This document shows, piece after piece, positions 45,962 to 48,021 of a stretch of 48,021 nt of DNA. Below the pieces are notes generated by a model. It had not been told where the DNA came from and did no database searches. It saw only the letters and a program-made list of their open reading frames with translations. Made by a program: the position numbers and the translations under genes. The stretch is from sequence record PQ900155.1; one strand, 5' to 3'. Source of the stretch: Escherichia phage vB_Eco_CWW26. Numbering within the stretch: the stretch's first letter is position 1; each line of letters begins with the position of its first letter.

Positions 45962-47096
45962 ATTGACAGACGAACAATTGATTACGGATGTCACATCTGG
46001 AATGAGTGGTCACGCTATTGCGAGAAAGTATGGTATGACCCCCGGCAACATTAACCGCCGCATCAAACGTCTCGGTGCGCGCGGTCTTGGTCACGGTGGT
46101 GATGTGTCTCGCTTTGTGCCGGACGGTTACAAGGTGAAAGGTACATCATCACTGGTGAAGGAGGATGGGACTGTAGCGCTACAATGGGTTAAAACCGACG
46201 TAGACGCCGAGCGTCAGCTGAAAATGATGCAGGAAGCGATTGTGGCACTTACAGAGTGCTTATCCCCACTAGAGGAAATCAATTTAATATCCCATGATGA
46301 GGATAGCACTCTCCTGAACATGTACACAGTAACAGATGCACACATTGGTATGTTGGCATGTGAAGAAGAGGGTGGAGACGATTACGACACCAATATCGCG
46401 GAACATCTCATATCATCGTGGTTCAAATCAGCGACAACATTGGCACCCAATGCAACAGAATGCCTCATTAACCTTCAGGGGGATTTCCTGCACTTCGACG
46501 GACTGAAGGCAGTTACACCAACATCCGGACACATTCTCGACTCTGATACGCGTTTCTTCAAAGTGGTACAGACTGCTATCCGCGTGATTAAACGAGCCGT
46601 GAATATGTGTCTGGAGAAGCATCGGAAAGTGACGCTGCTAATCGCCACTGGTAACCATGACCTCGCGTCCGCCGTGTGGTTGCGAGAGATGTTTAAAGAG
46701 GTGTATTGCGGTAATCCCCGCGTGACCATTGTAGACGAACAAAGTCCCTACTACGCAATCGAATTCGGTAAAGTGATGATTGGTGTCCATCACGGGCATT
46801 GTTCCAGAATGGAAAAGTTGGACGCAGTATTTGCCAGTAAGTTCCGGGAGATTTATGGCCGTACTAAGTTCGGCTACCTACACATGGGACACTATCATCA
46901 TCGGAAAGTGTCAGAGAGCAACATGTTCGTTACCGAGATGCACCAAACTCTGGCGGCCAAAGACGAGTATTCAAGTAACGGAGGTTACGACTCCGGAAGA
47001 AGCGCCACTGTCATAACATATCATCGAGACTATGGTGAGATTGGCAGAATATCAATTCCCGTAGAGATGATTAAGGACCAGTATGGACTGGAATAG
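45954..47096 (+). CDS. HTH domain fused to calcineurin-like metallophosphoesterase (putative)
   Basis: N-terminal HTH-like SGHAIARKYGMTPGNINRRIKRLG; ordered phosphoesterase motifs VTDAHIG, LQGDFLHFDG, IATGNHD, GVHHGH, GHYHH; GAGGTGA SD before ATG 45954. Confidence 0.45.
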   Translation: MIRLTDEQLITDVTSGMSGHAIARKYGMTPGNINRRIKRLGARGLGHGGDVSRFVPDGYKVKGTSSLVKEDGTVALQWVKTDVDAERQLKMMQEAIVALTECLSPLEEINLISHDEDSTLLNMYTVTDAHIGMLACEEEGGDDYDTNIAEHLISSWFKSATTLAPNATECLINLQGDFLHFDGLKAVTPTSGHILDSDTRFFKVVQTAIRVIKRAVNMCLEKHRKVTLLIATGNHDLASAVWLREMFKEVYCGNPRVTIVDEQSPYYAIEFGKVMIGVHHGHCSRMEKLDAVFASKFREIYGRTKFGYLHMGHYHHRKVSESNMFVTEMHQTLAAKDEYSSNGGYDSGRSATVITYHRDYGEIGRISIPVEMIKDQYGLE

Positions 47097-47111
47097 TATC
47101 AGGTAAATAAA

Positions 47112-47138
47112 AGGCCCGCATTTAGCGGGCTTTGTTTT
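47112..47138. terminator. bidirectional rho-independent terminator
   Basis: GCCCGC-ATTTA-GCGGGC followed by TTTGTTTT; T-rich on the minus side too; between convergent genes. Confidence 0.7.
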
Positions 47139-47316
47139 ATCCAAGTGGAAATTTTTTATCAATCCATTCGTTCATCCTAATTCTCAATCTCTTCACGGAG
47201 TAACTCCAGTCATCGGCCTTATTTAGTATCGACTCAACAACTAAAATAATAATGAATACAGGTAGTACGATTATCCTTCCTGTGAGACTTTTCTTACTCA
47301 TCTTGTGCCATTGCAT
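47137..47316 (-). CDS. small membrane protein (59 aa, putative)
   Basis: ATG at 47316 (MQWHKMSKK...) with GGAAGA SD; TM IIVLPVFIIILVVESIL; within ORF-track frame 47137..47484. Confidence 0.35.
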   Translation of the reverse strand: MQWHKMSKKSLTGRIIVLPVFIIILVVESILNKADDWSYSVKRLRIRMNEWIDKKFPLG

Positions 47317-47320
47317 TTTA

Positions 47321-47899
47321 TTATCTTCCACAGTTGCGGCATTCACCATTTGCCACATAACGTTCCGCAATAATATTACAATGCTTGCAAGGCTCATACG
47401 GAATATACCAGCGTTTGCCGTCAGCGATGGCCTGCTGGCGCGGTGATTTAATTTTAATGACTCCAACGTGAATTCCCGATTCACTCAGTAACAGGGCGTT
47501 TTTCATCGTCTCCAACTGTTCATTTAAAACAGAAATATTATGCTCAATCATGGCGATGTTTTCACGCAGTGCATCGACCTCACCAGCGGTGTCAACAATG
47601 GCTGCTTTTGGTTTTTTCCATTCCCCCGTCATGCGTTGTTCGGTTAAGCAGAAGACACATTTACCAGCAGTGTTACGGACGCCCGGATGTCCACATTCAC
47701 TGTTCGGTTTCTTCTGTACTCTCCACGAGCGACCATCATTAAGACCGTCGAGAACTTTTTGATAGAGTTCGTTGCGTGCAGGAAGACCCATGTTTTTCGC
47801 TTTCACAAAATCATGATGGTCATGAAGTGCACAAATACTACACAATTCTGTTTCTTTAAATTTTGTAGTGCCGTGACAATTATCTATAAGATGAATCAT
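47321..47899 (-). CDS. Cys-rich zinc-finger protein (192 aa)
   Basis: Three CxxC-type clusters (C-x8-C-x2-C; C-x11-C-x2-C; C-x2-C-x12-C-x2-C) and a central coiled-coil-like region; first gene downstream of the repeat-associated leftward promoter. Confidence 0.45.
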   Translation of the reverse strand: MIHLIDNCHGTTKFKETELCSICALHDHHDFVKAKNMGLPARNELYQKVLDGLNDGRSWRVQKKPNSECGHPGVRNTAGKCVFCLTEQRMTGEWKKPKAAIVDTAGEVDALRENIAMIEHNISVLNEQLETMKNALLLSESGIHVGVIKIKSPRQQAIADGKRWYIPYEPCKHCNIIAERYVANGECRNCGR

Positions 47900-47924
47900 G
47901 TTTCTCTCCTTTTGTAGAGTATAT

Positions 47925-47954
47925 ACTATAAAATAATAGAGAATTACTCGTCAA
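47925..47954 (-). promoter_or_regulatory. sigma70-like promoter, half-palindrome -35 at repeat boundary (leftward)
   Basis: Minus strand TTGACG-N18-TATAGT; -35 is the first 10 nt of repeat copy C; the second half-site is absent here. Confidence 0.45.
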
Positions 47955-48021
47955 CACCTCATTTTACCCCGAAATACCCGAGCTATCGGGGTGGTGAATT
48001 TACATTCACAATCATAGGTTT
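47945..48021. repeat. start of 300-bp repeat (wrap-around copy of 1-77)
   Basis: 47945-48021 matches 1-77 by eye; implies a 47,944-bp circular or permuted unit. Confidence 0.9.

Overview
The window is one complete, circularly permuted tailed-phage (Caudoviricetes) genome of about 47,944 bp plus 77 bp of overlap (47945-48021 repeats 1-77). No search or tool was run: all calls rest on motifs read by eye from the ORF track and sequence, and derived coordinates for small features may be off by 1-2 bp. Rightward (+) genes are mostly virion genes: terminase small and large subunits, portal, Mu-F/SPP1-gp7-like head morphogenesis protein, scaffold-like protein, major capsid, head-tail joining proteins, sheath-like and tube-like tail proteins, a tail chaperone with a candidate -1 frameshift, tape measure, SLT-domain tail protein, baseplate V/W/J-like proteins, a beta-helix tailspike and a Gly-rich fiber. 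Leftward (-) genes include a lysis cassette (SAR endolysin, i-spanin, o-spanin), a replication module (family-B-like DNA polymerase, DnaQ-like exonuclease, SSB-like protein, Cas4-like nuclease), dUTPase, and several small accessory cassettes interleaved among the structural genes. A rightward early block carries an SF2 helicase, VRR-NUC nuclease and an AEP primase fused to an SF3 helicase. No integrase or lysogeny module was seen, so the phage is probably virulent. Most notable: (1) a 300-bp, apparently 100% identical direct repeat present twice per genome; (2) at least nine promoters sharing a palindromic -35 element TTGACG-N4-CGTCAA; (3) a ~580-bp non-coding island bracketed by a leftward promoter and terminator (candidate ncRNA); (4) a free-standing homing-endonuclease-like gene after the capsid gene; (5) a 24-nt identical segment encoding GTPWDERIH in two replication proteins. 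I could not identify a named defence or anti-defence system with confidence; candidates are flagged as inference.
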